A DNA stretch of 63,883 bases, the filler included, from Chiloscyllium plagiosum (Eukaryota): the NCBI RefSeq assembly GCF_004010195.1. It is 4 parts of one record of this genome, joined end to end, with 100 filler letters (N's around TTAATTAATTAA, not from the genome) between each part and the next. Parts side by side here need not be neighbours in the genome. Positions count along the whole stretch, not along the records: positions 1 to 21,393 come from NC_057715.1; 3 more parts are not named here. One strand, written 5' to 3'. Below are positions 1 to 12,115 of this stretch, one piece after another. Under the pieces are notes generated by a model. That model made no database searches. It was given only the letters and a program-made list of their open reading frames with translations, and was not told where the DNA came from. Every line of letters starts with the position of its first letter. Positions within the stretch are counted from its first letter, which is position 1. The translations under genes were made by a program, and so were the position numbers.

Positions 1-71
1 CCGGGGTATTTTTCATTGTCTACGTTCAAGCCTACCTTTCCCTTATTCGCCTTGGATCCCTTATTTCCCAT
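1..71 (-). CDS. gag: Start of endogenous retrovirus Gag (runs off the window edge)
   Basis: Minus-strand ATG at 71 in strong Kozak context (gcaATGG) translates MGNKGSKANKGKVGLNVDNEKYP. MGxxxS(K) is an N-myristoylation motif. It lies downstream of LTR, PBS and splice donor in the expected order. Confidence 0.8.
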   Translation of the reverse strand, partial: MGNKGSKANKGKVGLNVDNEKYP

Positions 72-184
72 TGCCGGGGACTTTGTAAAATCGGAGATTC
101 CTGTATTCCCGTGATAATCTATCACTATTTAGCCAATTCCTGGACCTTCAGTCCCGTGATCGCCCAGGTGCCTTTGCAGGCATC

Positions 185-580
185 CCCGGTCTTTGGATTC
201 CTGTGTCCCACGTCTCTGTAGAAAAATCTACAGGCACCCCGTAGGTCCACGTTCCTCCGCAAACACGGTCTCTGCAAAATCCCGCACAGACGAGCCCCGG
301 TCTCTAGATTCCTGAGTCCCACGTCTCTGTAGAAAAATCTACAGGCACCCCGTAGGTCCACGTTCCTCCCCAAATACGGTCTCTGCAAAATCTCGCACAG
401 ACGAGCCCCGGTCTCTAGATTCCTGAGTCCCACGTCTCTGTAGAAAAATCTACAGGCACCCCGTAGGTCCACGTTCCTCCGCAAACACGGTCTCTGCAAA
501 ATCCCGCATAGACGAGCCCCGGTCTCTAGATTCCTGAGTCCCACGTCTCTGTAGAAAAATCTACAGGCACTCCGCAGGTC
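185..580. repeat. 111-bp tandem repeat (~3.5 copies) in the ERV leader
   Basis: CCACGTCTCTGTAG recurs at 208, 319, 430 and 541; copies are nearly identical. Confidence 0.95.
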
Positions 581-616
581 CCCAGTCCTCCGGAAAGACG
601 GTTCCCGCAAGTCTGT

Positions 617-627
617 TCTTACCTGGG
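617..627 (-). promoter_or_regulatory. Putative major splice donor of the ERV
   Basis: Minus strand CCCAG|GTAAGA, about 205 nt downstream of the PBS and upstream of gag. Confidence 0.55.
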
Positions 628-827
628 TTCGGTGCACCGAAATTACTCGATCGTTAACTGTCCCCACTGCCTCGGCCACACCCCTCCTTTGTTCTCCTGA
701 GCCTTCCGGATATCACTCGCTCAAGCCGCGCGGGGCGACAAGCAAGGAATCAGGGACTGCCGAACTCGGCAGGGTGCACCTTCTCCGATGTCCTTCCTCA
801 GCCCCCCCTCGCGGCCGGAGTGTTGAT

Positions 828-841
828 CGGACGAGCCCCCA
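828..841 (-). promoter_or_regulatory. Primer binding site, tRNA-Pro
   Basis: Minus strand TGGGGGCTCGTCCG matches the first 14 nt of the canonical tRNA-Pro PBS (TGGGGGCTCGTCCGGGAT), 4 nt after the LTR-terminal ...TAACA. Confidence 0.9.
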
Positions 842-845
842 AGTT

Positions 846-1335
846 TGTTAGAAACGAAAATCGCTCTCAATAATCGCTCTAGACATATTCAGGAAAACAA
901 AGTTTTATTAACAAGTCTGCAGAGTTGGGCACCCTTGAAACAAAAAAGGCGCGCCAGGCTAACAATGTTTCTGATTAAATACAGTACAAGTCCCTCCCGT
1001 CTATAGCTCTAAAGAGTCACGAGGTTCACATTCTCACAAAGTCTGCAACAGTTTCCCGAGTTGTTTTTCTACCCTGTAGTCTTATCAGTCAAGGACTTAT
1101 TCTTCTCTGTCAGAGTTAGTGGTCTTATCAATCAAGGACTTGTTTTTCTACTCTGTAGCAGCAGATGTCTCGTCCTTTATTATAGAGAAGCATGTTTTAC
1201 CCTACCTCCACGGCTCTATTCCCCTTAGTCTCTGAGGTCATGCACATCTTAACTATTTGTACCGAAATCGTCTCTCACACATACCATTATCAAGAATAGT
1301 CATATTAGTCTCAATACTAACTTTTTATCTCCACA
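846..1335 (-). mobile_element. ERV 5' LTR (~490 bp)
   Basis: TG...CA termini; minus-strand AATAAA at 904-909; TATA-like TATTTAA at 975-981; short U3 direct repeats (GTCTTATCARTCAAGGACTT) at ~1078 and ~1122. The outer end resembles that of the solo LTR at 51983-52678. The outer boundary is slightly ambiguous because the flank is a PLE-terminus-like remnant. Confidence 0.8.
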
Positions 1336-2574
1336 AATGCTGTCAGATTTGTTGTTTCTCCAGCACTGTCTTTCAGGTTTCCAGCATCCACAGTATTTTG
1401 CTTTTATTTGAATATAAGGCATCAGAAAGATGTACTTTTGAAAATTTGCAGGCAAGGACATAATCCTTTTTAAAGATAATTTGAAAAATTAGTTTGAATT
1501 GTTTTCTTGATCCTCATCAAATTTTAAGTAAGGGATAAATGTAAACATATTCTGAATAGTCTGAGTAACGCTCAGATTGGGTTTAGATTTCTGTTAGTCT
1601 AATATTTTGTTAGAAAAATCCAAATGTGGAAGTTTAAAGGTTGCAGCATGTTGTACAGGATTTGGCTAGTTTGAGGGGGGGAATTAAGAAATGTGCCAGT
1701 AATAGCTTCGAACAAAATAATCCTTTACACAGTAATCCGTAAATAAGAACATTTGCATGATTTCGCCTTCCTTTTCATTTTTAAATCCATATCTGCATTT
1801 ATTTCAAAATTGCATTGCATGACGTTTCTCGGATAAGCAAATTGGACTTTTCATGAGCTCTTGAAATTATCATCCCGGTTCCCATTTAAATTGGTGTCTC
1901 TGTAAATAGCTGTAATCATCTTATCATCTTGCTGTTAGATTAATTTTTATTGAAGCATTTTATGAATTCTGATAACTGCAGTTATTTCTGTTGAGTGTTT
2001 TGTTGAATGATGCACAGGACTTAAAAACTAAATGAGAATTTTAGTATACAATAATGTGGAAAAATCAACATTTTTGAATATGAAATTCTCAAGCAAAATC
2101 TAATTTACTGAATTTGAGGATACACTGTGATGCATTTCTTTATATGGCAGACTCACAGATAACTCGAACAAAAAGAAACTGAGGAAAACATTTAGGGCAC
2201 AATTTTCCAATGTTTTGAGTGGTGTAGACAACAGCAAGAATGCTCGCAAAAAAACAGTGAAAGGTTTTTGCAATTTCTTTACCTTGCTTTATTTCTAAAC
2301 ACAGTGTAGAGTCTTATTCTTAATCAGCAATTACTTTATTTCTCTGCTTTTACATCTCATTATTTGCCCAACTTGCCTCATTTATCTGCCGTGCTCAATT
2401 TGCTCCTCCCTTGAGAACCTGAATGGTGCAATTCCTGACTCTGAAAGTTAGAGCATTACCTGGTGGCAACCAGCTCACCACCTGTTTCTCCTTAATCCAA
2501 ATCTGTTTCCATTGCTCCATGGACTTGGATACATAGTTACATAGGTTCAGTCAATTTAGTCTACTCTCCCTCCC

Positions 2575-2818
2575 ATGCGCCTCTCTCCATCGCCTGTTCC
2601 TCACCCCTCTCCCCCTCACCTTCCCCCCATACCTACCCCACCCCACACCCCCCTGTCATCAGCATATAGACAACATTTTCCGAGCTGCTATTGTTCTGAG
2701 GAACAGTCACTGGACTTAATATTATCACTGCTTTCTCTCCACAGATGCTACAAGACCTGCGTTTCTCCAGCAATCTCTGGTTTTGTTTCAGATATGCAGC
2801 ATCTGCACTTTTGTGTAT
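2575..2818 (+). mobile_element. Decayed Penelope-like pseudo-LTR fragment
   Basis: C-rich tract followed by CTGAGGAA...TCTCTCCACAGATGCT...CAGCATCTGCA, as in other PLE ends in the window (12625-12735, 47170-47335, 53165-53415). Confidence 0.5.
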
Positions 2819-2827
2819 TAATTATAG

Positions 2828-3235
2828 GAATTGACCATTCAAGCTTGCTTTGCCATTCAATATGATCAAGTTTGATCATCCAAATTAGTATCTAGTTCCT
2901 ACTTTTTCTCCATATCCTTTCATCCCTTTAGCCTTTTAAACTACATTTGACTCCTTGAAAAAATTTTAATGTATTGCCTCAACTGCTTTCTGTGGTAGAG
3001 AATTTCACTGGTTCACCATTCTCTGGGTGAAGAAATTTCTCCTCATCTCAGTCCGAAATGGCTTGCCTTATATGGTGACCCTGATAGACTCCCTGACAGT
3101 CAAAACCATCTTTTCTACTTTTACCTGTCTCATCCTTTTAGAATTGCATAGGTTTCTAAGGGAGCCCCCTCATTCTTCTAAACTCCAGTGAAAAGAGTCC
3201 TGATGGCTCCAGTCTGTTTTCACACTGCCCTCCTC
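2828..3235 (-). mobile_element. CR1 LINE 3' end, decayed
   Basis: Reverse complement resembles the CR1 ORF2 C-terminus (FFTQR..V...SL) and the 3' UTR seen in other CR1 copies here. Confidence 0.6.
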
Positions 3236-4699
3236 CATCATTTACTTGCAAAGATTAGCACCTGCAAACTATAGCTTCACATCATGCCTCTTCCTGGACC
3301 AACATGCACACCACTTCAGTCTTTTAGCACTTAATGTTAAAGCCGAAGGGCACCCTCGACTTGCGTGCTACTACCAGGATGCTTTGCATGTGTGGACACA
3401 TGCAAGTTGTGCAGCTGCATATAATGCATTTTATAGATCATTTTATAGATCTTGTTTTTTGTTTTAATGCTTACTCAATTTGCCCTTGGATACTGCCAGT
3501 CTCTGTGGCTTGTATTGCTTTTTGGTGTAGGGGAGAGGTAGGCAGCTTTATTATTATGGGAAGTATTGAATGTTCAAGGGGCTTTGAACCTACACCACGC
3601 GGCATCAATGTCTCCTCTGTGTGCCACTGCATATGTTTCAATCAAATGGATATAACTGAATGCTGAAGGGGAATAGTCTTTACTGGAATCAAGGGGGACT
3701 ACACTTAGTCAGGGGATGCCACCATAATTAGTCAAAGGCTCATGAGTCTTGTTCAGAGGCTTGGCCACAGGCACTTAGTCCTACCAGAATATCAGATTAG
3801 TCCAATAGATCAAATGCAACCAGTTGGAGGATAATGGGTGCATCGGTTGAAGTCTTGTAGAGGTGTCAAAAGATAACTCAGCTGTTCTCAGTTAGGACTG
3901 TCTTCAAGTTAATCTGGGGATGAAGGGTGTTGGGTGTGGAAAGGCTGGCGTGTTGGGGAGAGACCACAGTCAGCACTGGGGTTTGACTTTGGGGCTTGAT
4001 AGCCAGGGGCTTTTTTGGGGGGAGTTCATGGAGTTTCGTGGAAACTGGAAACTCTATTCTGGGGGTGGATTTTCTTGGATTGGGTCACTGAGGCAATAGT
4101 TAAAGCGAAAGTGGGCGAAATTCAAGATTGGATGGATCTTTGAGAACATGAAGTGATCGGAAGTTCCAGTGAAGGAAGGAATAAGATATTCATAAGTCAC
4201 AATCACTCTGGTTTCTGCAAAGGGAGAGTGGCCATCCAAATAGCAGTTTGCAAAGCCATGGGCTCTGTGGATAATCCGTGAGCGTTCATTGTTATAAAAA
4301 AAGATTGCCTAAATGAAAATATGGAGGAGGTTGAAAATCATTAGGGCCACGGACAGCAACACAAATAGAGGATGAAGAATGGTGAAGATTATCCTTTGTC
4401 TCTGGAGCCCGGAATTCAGTCTCAAAGACTCAGATTTGAAATCTTCTCATTCTGGATCCAAAGTTAACTGCACAAAAACGGTACAAAAGGGATGTGACTG
4501 CAGTCATTAAGTTGGTGTTTTTTTTTCTTTGGGATTGGAGTTATTATTTACTTGGGGCATACTTAATGCATTTACTGATTTGGTCAAGCTACAAATTGAC
4601 ATTGATTCTACTTCAAGTCATTCATTGCCCAAGAGTTATGTAAGACCACTTTTTATTTTTTGAACTTTGAACTGTGGACATTAAAAAGGGAAACAATAC

Positions 4700-5560
4700 A
4701 GCTTTAAACCATGGAATTTGGAAGATGTTGCAGTTTGAAATCCCCTGGCTCTGTGGGTTTGTGTTTGGGGAAGTTTTGTCCAGTGACAGACTTTGGGCAT
4801 TACACTCAGCACCAGCTGTGTGTGTTCAGGAGTACTAAGTGTAGTAACAACTTCTTGAATCATTCCAGGGCATGTGGCTGCAGTTTTGTCTTTGGACAAT
4901 ACACGTGAAAACTTGAACAAACTTTTGGGGCAGTGTATGCGACAATAGCTATGGTGGTTAGCATCTTATCCTCTCTAAGAGGTAATGGGAAAGTAACCTC
5001 AGACTTTGGATGATGTCAATTGAAATCATCTACAGCACTGATGGCTGAGCAAGCCAATTCTGGAATGTGTTGATGTGAAGCTGTTCTCGTGAGAGAGGTA
5101 TTGAATGATCTTTGATAGCTTGTTTGCAGGGTAGGTATCTGCTTTGGAATTTCTGAAAGCGGATGTTGTAGTGGGGGCAGTGAATTTTTGCTTACAGCTG
5201 GTTTTGTCTTTTGCATCAGTTGTCAGCTAGAGTTTCCTATTTGTTGCAATTTGTGTGGGCTTTCATATCTCTTTGACAGCATCATTGTGCCTAAAACTCC
5301 AAGTCAATTTACCATTCGACTTTCTGCACAGGCTACCTCCCTGTATACGTATCCTTGGGACTGTATTGTTCATCCTGTTCACATGCCCAAGCCAGTGAAA
5401 CCTTTGCTTGATTGGTGGTAATGTATTCAATACATTTGCCCAAGAAAGCCTGTGAATATGTACAGTGAATTGTACCCAGGCAATAACAGGAATTTTCAGG
5501 AGAGAGTGGGAGAAAAGCGGTAGTAGAAAATGGTAGAAGACCTGTTGTAATTGCATTAGT
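4700..5560 (-). mobile_element. RTE-clade LINE fragments
   Basis: Minus-strand peptides FHWLGHVNRM and HSRIGLLSH (RTE C-terminus) at ~5030-5450, then LPLREDKMLTTIAIVAYTAP (endonuclease-like) at ~4930-5000. The order suggests two fragments. Confidence 0.6.
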
Positions 5561-6568
5561 TCTGGCATTCCCTTTGATGGTTTTTTTCTTTAAACCACTA
5601 AGAAGGATCCTTGATATATTTCATTAATTTAGATAAGGGGGACATCTAGTGGTGATATTTATAGGCATAAACCAAATTAACATGCAGGAACTTATTAGCT
5701 GTTTTTATTATTTCCTTTTAAATGGGACGGGTGGTGAGTTGAAGTTGCCTTGGTGTTTACATGCCTTAAAGAAAACTTGTTGTGTTGATCATTTGCATCA
5801 TTCACCTGCTCAATTTTATAGGCATTAAGGATACTTGTAAAATGTAATGGTATATTTTTTAAGCACATGCACATTGATTCTCAACAGTAGTGGCGTGCAA
5901 TTGCAAACAGTAACTTGGTGACTTAAATTGTATCCAGCAACAAATTTCCTACAAAGCTAAATCAACAAGCAAATCGTTATTTTCTTTAAAGGTATCCTTA
6001 CAAAGCCACAAGGAGCAGCAATACTTAGTGTCTCCTTTTGCAGACTTGTCTTGTGAGAAACTGTAACATTTGTGACACTGATCTAGCAGCTGATACCCAA
6101 TTAATCTGATCTTGACAGAAGGTCTCAGGCTTCACCATACTTGCTATTCATTGTGAGGAGCACTTGGGGACTTGACAGTGAGACGTAAAGGAATCACAAT
6201 ACTCTGCATTCATTTCTGGAGTAGAAAGTGATTTTCTTTTAATTTGCACAGACAAAATTTGGAATTAAAATTAGGGTTGCTGAATTCCTGCTGAACAAGT
6301 TATGCAATGAAATGGATAGTGGGATGTTGCTTTGTGGTTCCCATTATTTTCACCTGATGTAATAAATAAATGCTTGAACATAAGCAAAATCTCTGGGGGG
6401 AAAAAAATCAGAAAATATTGAGGACAGGGTTGGTGACATGTTGAAATATCACTGTCTCATGTTTCTTCATCAAGGTTATCTATACTATTGAGCCTTGAGG
6501 ACTGAAGTGGTTTTTAAATTATTCTCTTTCATGGAATGTGAGCAACCCGAATTGCCAAGAGGACAATT

Positions 6569-8525
6569 AACATAGAATGTAGAACAGGCCCTTTTGGCCC
6601 TCAATGTTGCGCTGACCTGTGGAACCAGTCTGAAGCCTATCTATTCTGCATTATTCCATTTTCATTGAAATTTTTATCCAATGACCATTGAAATGTCCTT
6701 AAAGTTGGTGAGTTTACTACTGTTGCAGGCAGTGCATTCCACGTCCCTACTACTGAGTAAAGAAACTACCTCTGACATCTGCCCTATATCTACCACCCCT
6801 CAATTTAAAGCTATGTCCACTCATGCTAGCCATCACCATCCGAGGAAAAAGACACTCACTTCCACCCTATCTAACCCTCTTATCTTCTCAATTAAGTCAC
6901 CTCTCAAACTACTTTTCTCTAACGAAAACAACCTCAAGTCCATCAGTTTTTCCTTATAAGACCTTCCCTCCATACCAGGCAACATTCGAGTAAATCTCCT
7001 CAGAACCCTTTTCAAAGCTTCCTTCCTATAATGTGGTGACCAGAACTGGATGTAATACGCCAAGTGCGACTACACCAGAGTTTTGTACAGCTGCAGCATG
7101 GCATCGTGGCTCCGAAACTCAATCCCTCTACCAATAAAAGTTAACACATCATATACCTTCTTAACAACCCTATCAATCTGGGTAGCAACTTTCAGGGATC
7201 TATGTACATGGACAGTGAAATCTCTCTACTCATCTACACTACCAAGAATCTTGCCATTAGCCCAATACTGTTTATTCCTGTTGCTCCTTTCAAAGTGAAT
7301 CACCTCACATTTTCTGCATTATACTCCATTTGTTACCCCTCAGCCTAGCTCTGCAGCTTATCTATCTCCCTCTGTAACCTGCAACATCCTTCAGCTCTAT
7401 CCACAACTTCACCAACCTTAGTGTTATCTGCAAACTTACTAACCCATCCTTCTACACCCTCATCTCGGTCATTTATAAAAAATGGCAAACAGTAGTGGCC
7501 CCAAAACAGATTATTGCGGTACACCACTAGTAACTGACCTCCAGGATGAACATTTCCCATCAACCACCACCCTCTGTCTTCTTTCAGCTAGCCAATGTCT
7601 GATCCAAGCTGCTAAATCACCCTCCATCCCATGCCTTTGTACTTTGTGCAATAGCTTACTGTGGCGAGCGTTATCAAACACCTTACTGAAATCCATATAC
7701 CCCACATCAAAGGCTTTACCCTCATCCTCCTGTTTGGTCACGAGCTCAAAGAACTCAAATAAGGTTTGTGAGGCACAATCTACCCTTCACAAAACCATGC
7801 TGACTATCCATAATCAACTTATTCCTCTCCAGGTGATGAAAATCCTATCTCTTATAACCTTTTCCAACATTTTACCCACAATCAAAGTAAAGCTCACTGG
7901 TCTATAATTAACGGAGTTGTTTCTACTCCCCTTCTTGAACAAGGGGACAACATTTGCCATCCTCCAGTCTTCTGGCACTATTCCTGTAGACAATGACAAC
8001 ATAAAGATCGAAGCCAAAGGCTCGACAGTCTCCTTCCTGGTTTCCTAGAGAGTCCTAAGAAAAATCCCATTCGGCCCAGGGGACTTGGCTATTTCCACAC
8101 TTACCAGAATTGCTAACACCATCTCTTTGTCAACCTCAATCCCATCTAGATCATAATTGCCTTTCCTCCAGCAATAACTCTTGCCCACGTTAAATACCAA
8201 TAGTATCCAAAACTGTATACTTGTTATTGAGGAGACTGGCCACAAGGTTTCCCTACACTGCCTGCCAGTTCAGCTTCCGTCCCCTGACAGTAACCCATCT
8301 ACCTCTTTCTTGCACCTGAGGTGTGACTATTTCCCTGTAACTTCTCTCAATACCCCCATGCCTCCTGGATGATCCAAAGTTCATCCAACCCCGACTCCAA
8401 TTCCCAAACGCAGTTTTCGAGGAGCTGGAGTTGGGTGCACTTTCCGCAGATGAAGTCAGCAGGGACACTAGTGGTAACCCTTATTTCCCATATACTGCAG
8501 GAGGAACATTCAACTGCTAACCACC
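6569..8525 (-). mobile_element. CR1 LINE, internally deleted (ORF1 N-terminus joined to RT and 3' tail)
   Basis: RT motifs VPEDWRMANVVPLFKKG, YRPVS, YMDFSKVFD, SGVPQ, SKFADNTK, QFWSPHY; ORF1 zinc-finger-like AVECSSCSIWE...FICGKC at ~8180-8520; microsatellite-like tail at ~6569. Confidence 0.9.
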
Positions 8526-8529
8526 TAAG

Positions 8530-8735
8530 AGTCAATATCACTGTGGTGAGTCCCGTGCAGGCCAAAATGGGTATGGATAGCAGATATTCTTCCCTAAAGG
8601 GAATTAAGGAGCTAAACAAGATGTTACAATCACTGCAAAGCTTTTTTTTATGCCTAGATGTTGTTAAGTTCAAATTTCGCCATCTGCTTTGGTGGGATTT
8701 AAACCCACATCTTCAGAACATTAACCTGAGCTTCT
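8530..8735 (-). mobile_element. tRNA-derived SINE remnant
   Basis: GGATTTAAACCC is the reverse complement of a B-box-like motif; a similar block occurs at ~33435-33550. Confidence 0.4.
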
Positions 8736-9790
8736 GGTTCCAGGGATTTATCCACCTTTGTGCGTTTAAGATGTCTAGCACAACCACCTCTGTAATGTGG
8801 GCACTTTTCAAGGTACTGCTGTTTATTTCCCCAAGTTCTCCAGTTTCCATGTTCTCCTCTTCAGTAAACACAGATGCAAAATACTTGTTTAGTATCTCAC
8901 CCATTTCCTGCGGTTCCCCACGTAGGCAGCTTTGCTGACCTTTAAAGGGCCTTATTTTCTCCCTAGTTACTCTTTTGTCCTTAATGTATTTGTAGAAACC
9001 CTTTGGATTCTCCTTAACTCCTTTTTACTAAAGCTATCTCATATCCCTTTCTGCTCTCCTGATTTCCCTCTTAAGTACAGCATACTCCTATTACCTTTAT
9101 ACTCTCTCGGGATTCACTTGATCTCTACTGTCTATACAACCTCTCAAGTCATCCAGCATTCTCTACACCTATCAGCCTTGTCCTTCAACCTCACAGGGAC
9201 ACACTTTTCTGGACTATCGTTATCTCATTTTTGAAGGCTTCCCACTTTTCAGCCATCGCCTTACCTGCGAATATCTGCCCTCAATCAACTTTTGACATTT
9301 CTTGCCGAATACTGCCCAAATTAGCCTTTCTCCAATTTAGAACTTTAACTTTTAGATCAGGTCTATCCTTTCCATAATTGTTTTAAAACTAATAGAAGTA
9401 TGATCTTTTGCCTCAAAGTGCTCCCCCCACTGACATCAGTTGCCCTGTCTTATTTCCCAAGAGACGGTCAAGTTTTGCTCCTTCTCTAGTAGGTACATTT
9501 ACATACCGGATAAGGGAACTTTCTTGTAAACACTGAACATATCCTTTCCATCCAAACACTTAACAGTATGACAGTCCCAGCCTATGTTTGGAAAGTTAAA
9601 GTCCCCTACATTATCACCCTCTTATTCTTACAGAGAACTGCGACCTCCTTGCAAATTTGCTTCTCAATTTCCTGCTGGCTATTGGGCAGGATCTATAATA
9701 CAATCCCAATAAGGTGATCATCCCTTTCTTATTTCTCAGTTCCACCCAAAATGACTTCACTGGATGCACAACCATAATGTCATCCCTAAT
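8735..9790 (-). mobile_element. CR1 LINE ORF2 fragment (endonuclease and linker)
   Basis: WVELRNKKGMITLLGLYYR and MGEILNKYFASVFTEE; highly similar to 53842-54992. Confidence 0.9.
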
Positions 9791-10154
9791 CGGAAACACT
9801 CAGCAGTCGTGGGCAGCTTCTTTCTTAGCAACACTTGGAAATAGTTATGTTCAGTCAAGTTTCTTAATCTTCATTCTACTGAGTGCAGACCTCCTCTTAC
9901 TATATGCTAACACAAGTGTAAAGACCCAGTACATCCAGGCAGTGATTTAAATGGAAAAACTCCCCAGGAAAAGCCCATGGATTTTGAAAGAAGCTCCAAT
10001 TTTAAAGAGACAAAAATAACAACAATTTCACAGCAGTGCTGTTGATAGTCTAGTCATAAAAACTGCAGAAAAGTTAAGGAGGCAACATAGAGGATGCCAG
10101 TGATTTTGTTTATGGCCTATTCAGGACTTTGCCAGGGATTGACTTTTTTTCAAG

Positions 10155-10757
10155 TGTAGAGTTATAGAGTCAGAGAGATGTATAGCACAGAAACAGACCC
10201 TTCCATCCAACTCGGCCATGCTGACTAGATATCCCAACCCAATCTAGTCCCACCTGCCAGCACCTGGCCCATATCCCTCCAAACCCTTCCTATTCATATA
10301 CCTGTCTAGATGCCTTTTAAATATTGCAATTGTACCAGCCCCCTCCACTTCCTCTGGCAGCTCATTCCATATACGTACCACCCTCTGTGTGGAAAAAGTT
10401 GCCCCTTAGGTCTCTAGTTCTGGACTCCCCCACCCCAGGGACAAGACTTTGTCTATTTACCCTATCCATGCCCTTCATGATTTTATAAACCTCTATAAGG
10501 TCACCCCTCAGCCTCCGACGCTCCAGGGAAAGCAGCCTGAGCTTATTCAACCTCTCCTGATAGCTCAAATCCTCCAACCCTGGCAACATCCTTGTAAATC
10601 TTTTCTGAACCCTTTCAAGTTTAATTTGCCACTTCTCAGCCCACTGGCCCATCTGGTCAAGATCCCGTTGTAATCTGAGATAACCTTCTTTGCAGTCCAC
10701 TCCACCTCTAGTTTTGGTGTCATCTGCAAACTAAGTGATTATACCTCTTATGCTCAC
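10155..10757 (-). mobile_element. CR1 LINE 3' end with internal deletions
   Basis: LQRDLDQMGQWAEKWQ, LERVQKRFTRMLPGL, LERRRLRGDLIEVYKI and the 3' tail. Confidence 0.9.
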
Positions 10758-11194
10758 AAGGAAAGATGGGCACAAATTGAGGTGACATCACATTGAGGGT
10801 ATTTTGGATGACTTTGGTGTTGGATAGTAGTTCACAAGTAACAGCAATCTTAGGTACATTAGAAAAGGGTGGTGAGAGGTTTTGCAAGTTATTTGGATAT
10901 GGTGTTAAGAGCAGTAAACATAATGGAAAACTGGAGAAAGACAGCTTTGGGGCAGTAGTTAACTTCTATGAAGGAGGGGAGGGTAGTCTGAATTTGTTGA
11001 GCAAAGCTGGACTGACTGCTATCCATATGACCTCAGCCAAATTCCTCAGCAAACTCCCATAAAAAAAGTAATGTGTTAATGACCATTTTTTTAATAATGT
11101 TGATTCAAGGATGAATATTAGTCAGTATACCAGGAATGTACTCCTGCTCCTCTTCAAGCTAGTTCCATAAATGTTTTACAGTCTACTCTTAATT

Positions 11195-12115
11195 ATTAGT
11201 AAAGTGATGAAAGGTGTAATTAACAGCGCTATCAAACAATATCTGCTCAGTGATGCTCAGTCTGCATTCCAGCAGGGCTACTCAGATCCTGACCTCATTA
11301 CAACCTCTGTTCAAACATGAACCAAAGTACTGAATTCCAAAATTCTTTTTGTCAACATTGTATTTGCCTAAGTGTGACTTCAAGGGGCATTAGCAAAACT
11401 AGAGTTGATGAAAATCCGAGAAAAAAATGTCTGGAGCCACTTGACCTAATAAGGGGCAATATGGTCATCACCCCATTATCAACATCCTGGGGTTACCATT
11501 AACCAGAAATTCAACTGGACCAGCTGTACAAATACTGTAGCTACAAGAGAGGCTAGAAATACTATAGAGAGTAACTCACCCCCGATTCCCCAAAGCCTGT
11601 ATGCCATCTACAAGGTACAAATTAAGAGTATGTTGGAATGCTTCTCACTGGCCTGGATGAGTGTAGCTTTGCAACTCTTTGATGCTATCCAAGACAAGGT
11701 TGCCCATTAAATTGGCAACACATCCGCACTCTCCTCCACTGATGTTCAGTAGCAGCAATGTGAACCATCTACAAGGTGCATTGCAGGAATTCACCAATGA
11801 TCCTTAGATAGCCACCTACCAAACCATGAGCAAATTTAGAAGGAAAAGGGAAACAAATAATTGGGAACACCACCACCTTAAGTTTGCCTCCAAGCCACTC
11901 ACCATCCCAACTTGAGAATATATTGCTGTACCTTCACTGTCGCTGTGTCAATATCATGAAATTTCCTCTGAACACCATTTGTGGATCTACCTATAGCAAT
12001 GGATTGCAATGATTAAAGAAGGCAACTGCTCATCACCTTCCCAAGGGTAGCTAGCGATGTGCAATAAATTTGGCCCAGCCAGTGATCTGTTCTCCCAGAT
12101 TTGAATTTTAAAAAC
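11195..12115 (+). mobile_element. Decayed CR1/L2-superfamily non-LTR retrotransposon 3' part
   Basis: RT-like LSDAQ.AFQQGYSDPDLIT and IYKVQIKSMLE; AATAAA near 12063 and an A-rich end. Confidence 0.6.

Larger units (their letters stand above)
1..1335 (-). mobile_element. 5' end of a class I (gamma/epsilon-like) endogenous retrovirus
   Basis: LTR 846-1335, tRNA-Pro PBS 828-841, splice donor at 622, CpG-rich leader and Gag start at 71 are all colinear on the minus strand. Confidence 0.85.

Noticed and set aside
185..580. Hairpin-containing repeat array as a CRISPR
   Set aside because: Whole units are repeated with no unique spacers, no cas genes are present, and the context is a eukaryotic retroviral leader.
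3660..4400. Possible decayed LINE endonuclease region (likewise 24860-25650)
   Set aside because: Motifs are too degraded to assign a family or strand with confidence.
8369..8938. 189-aa plus-strand ORF
   Set aside because: Antisense shadow spanning CR1 ORF1, a SINE remnant and CR1 ORF2.
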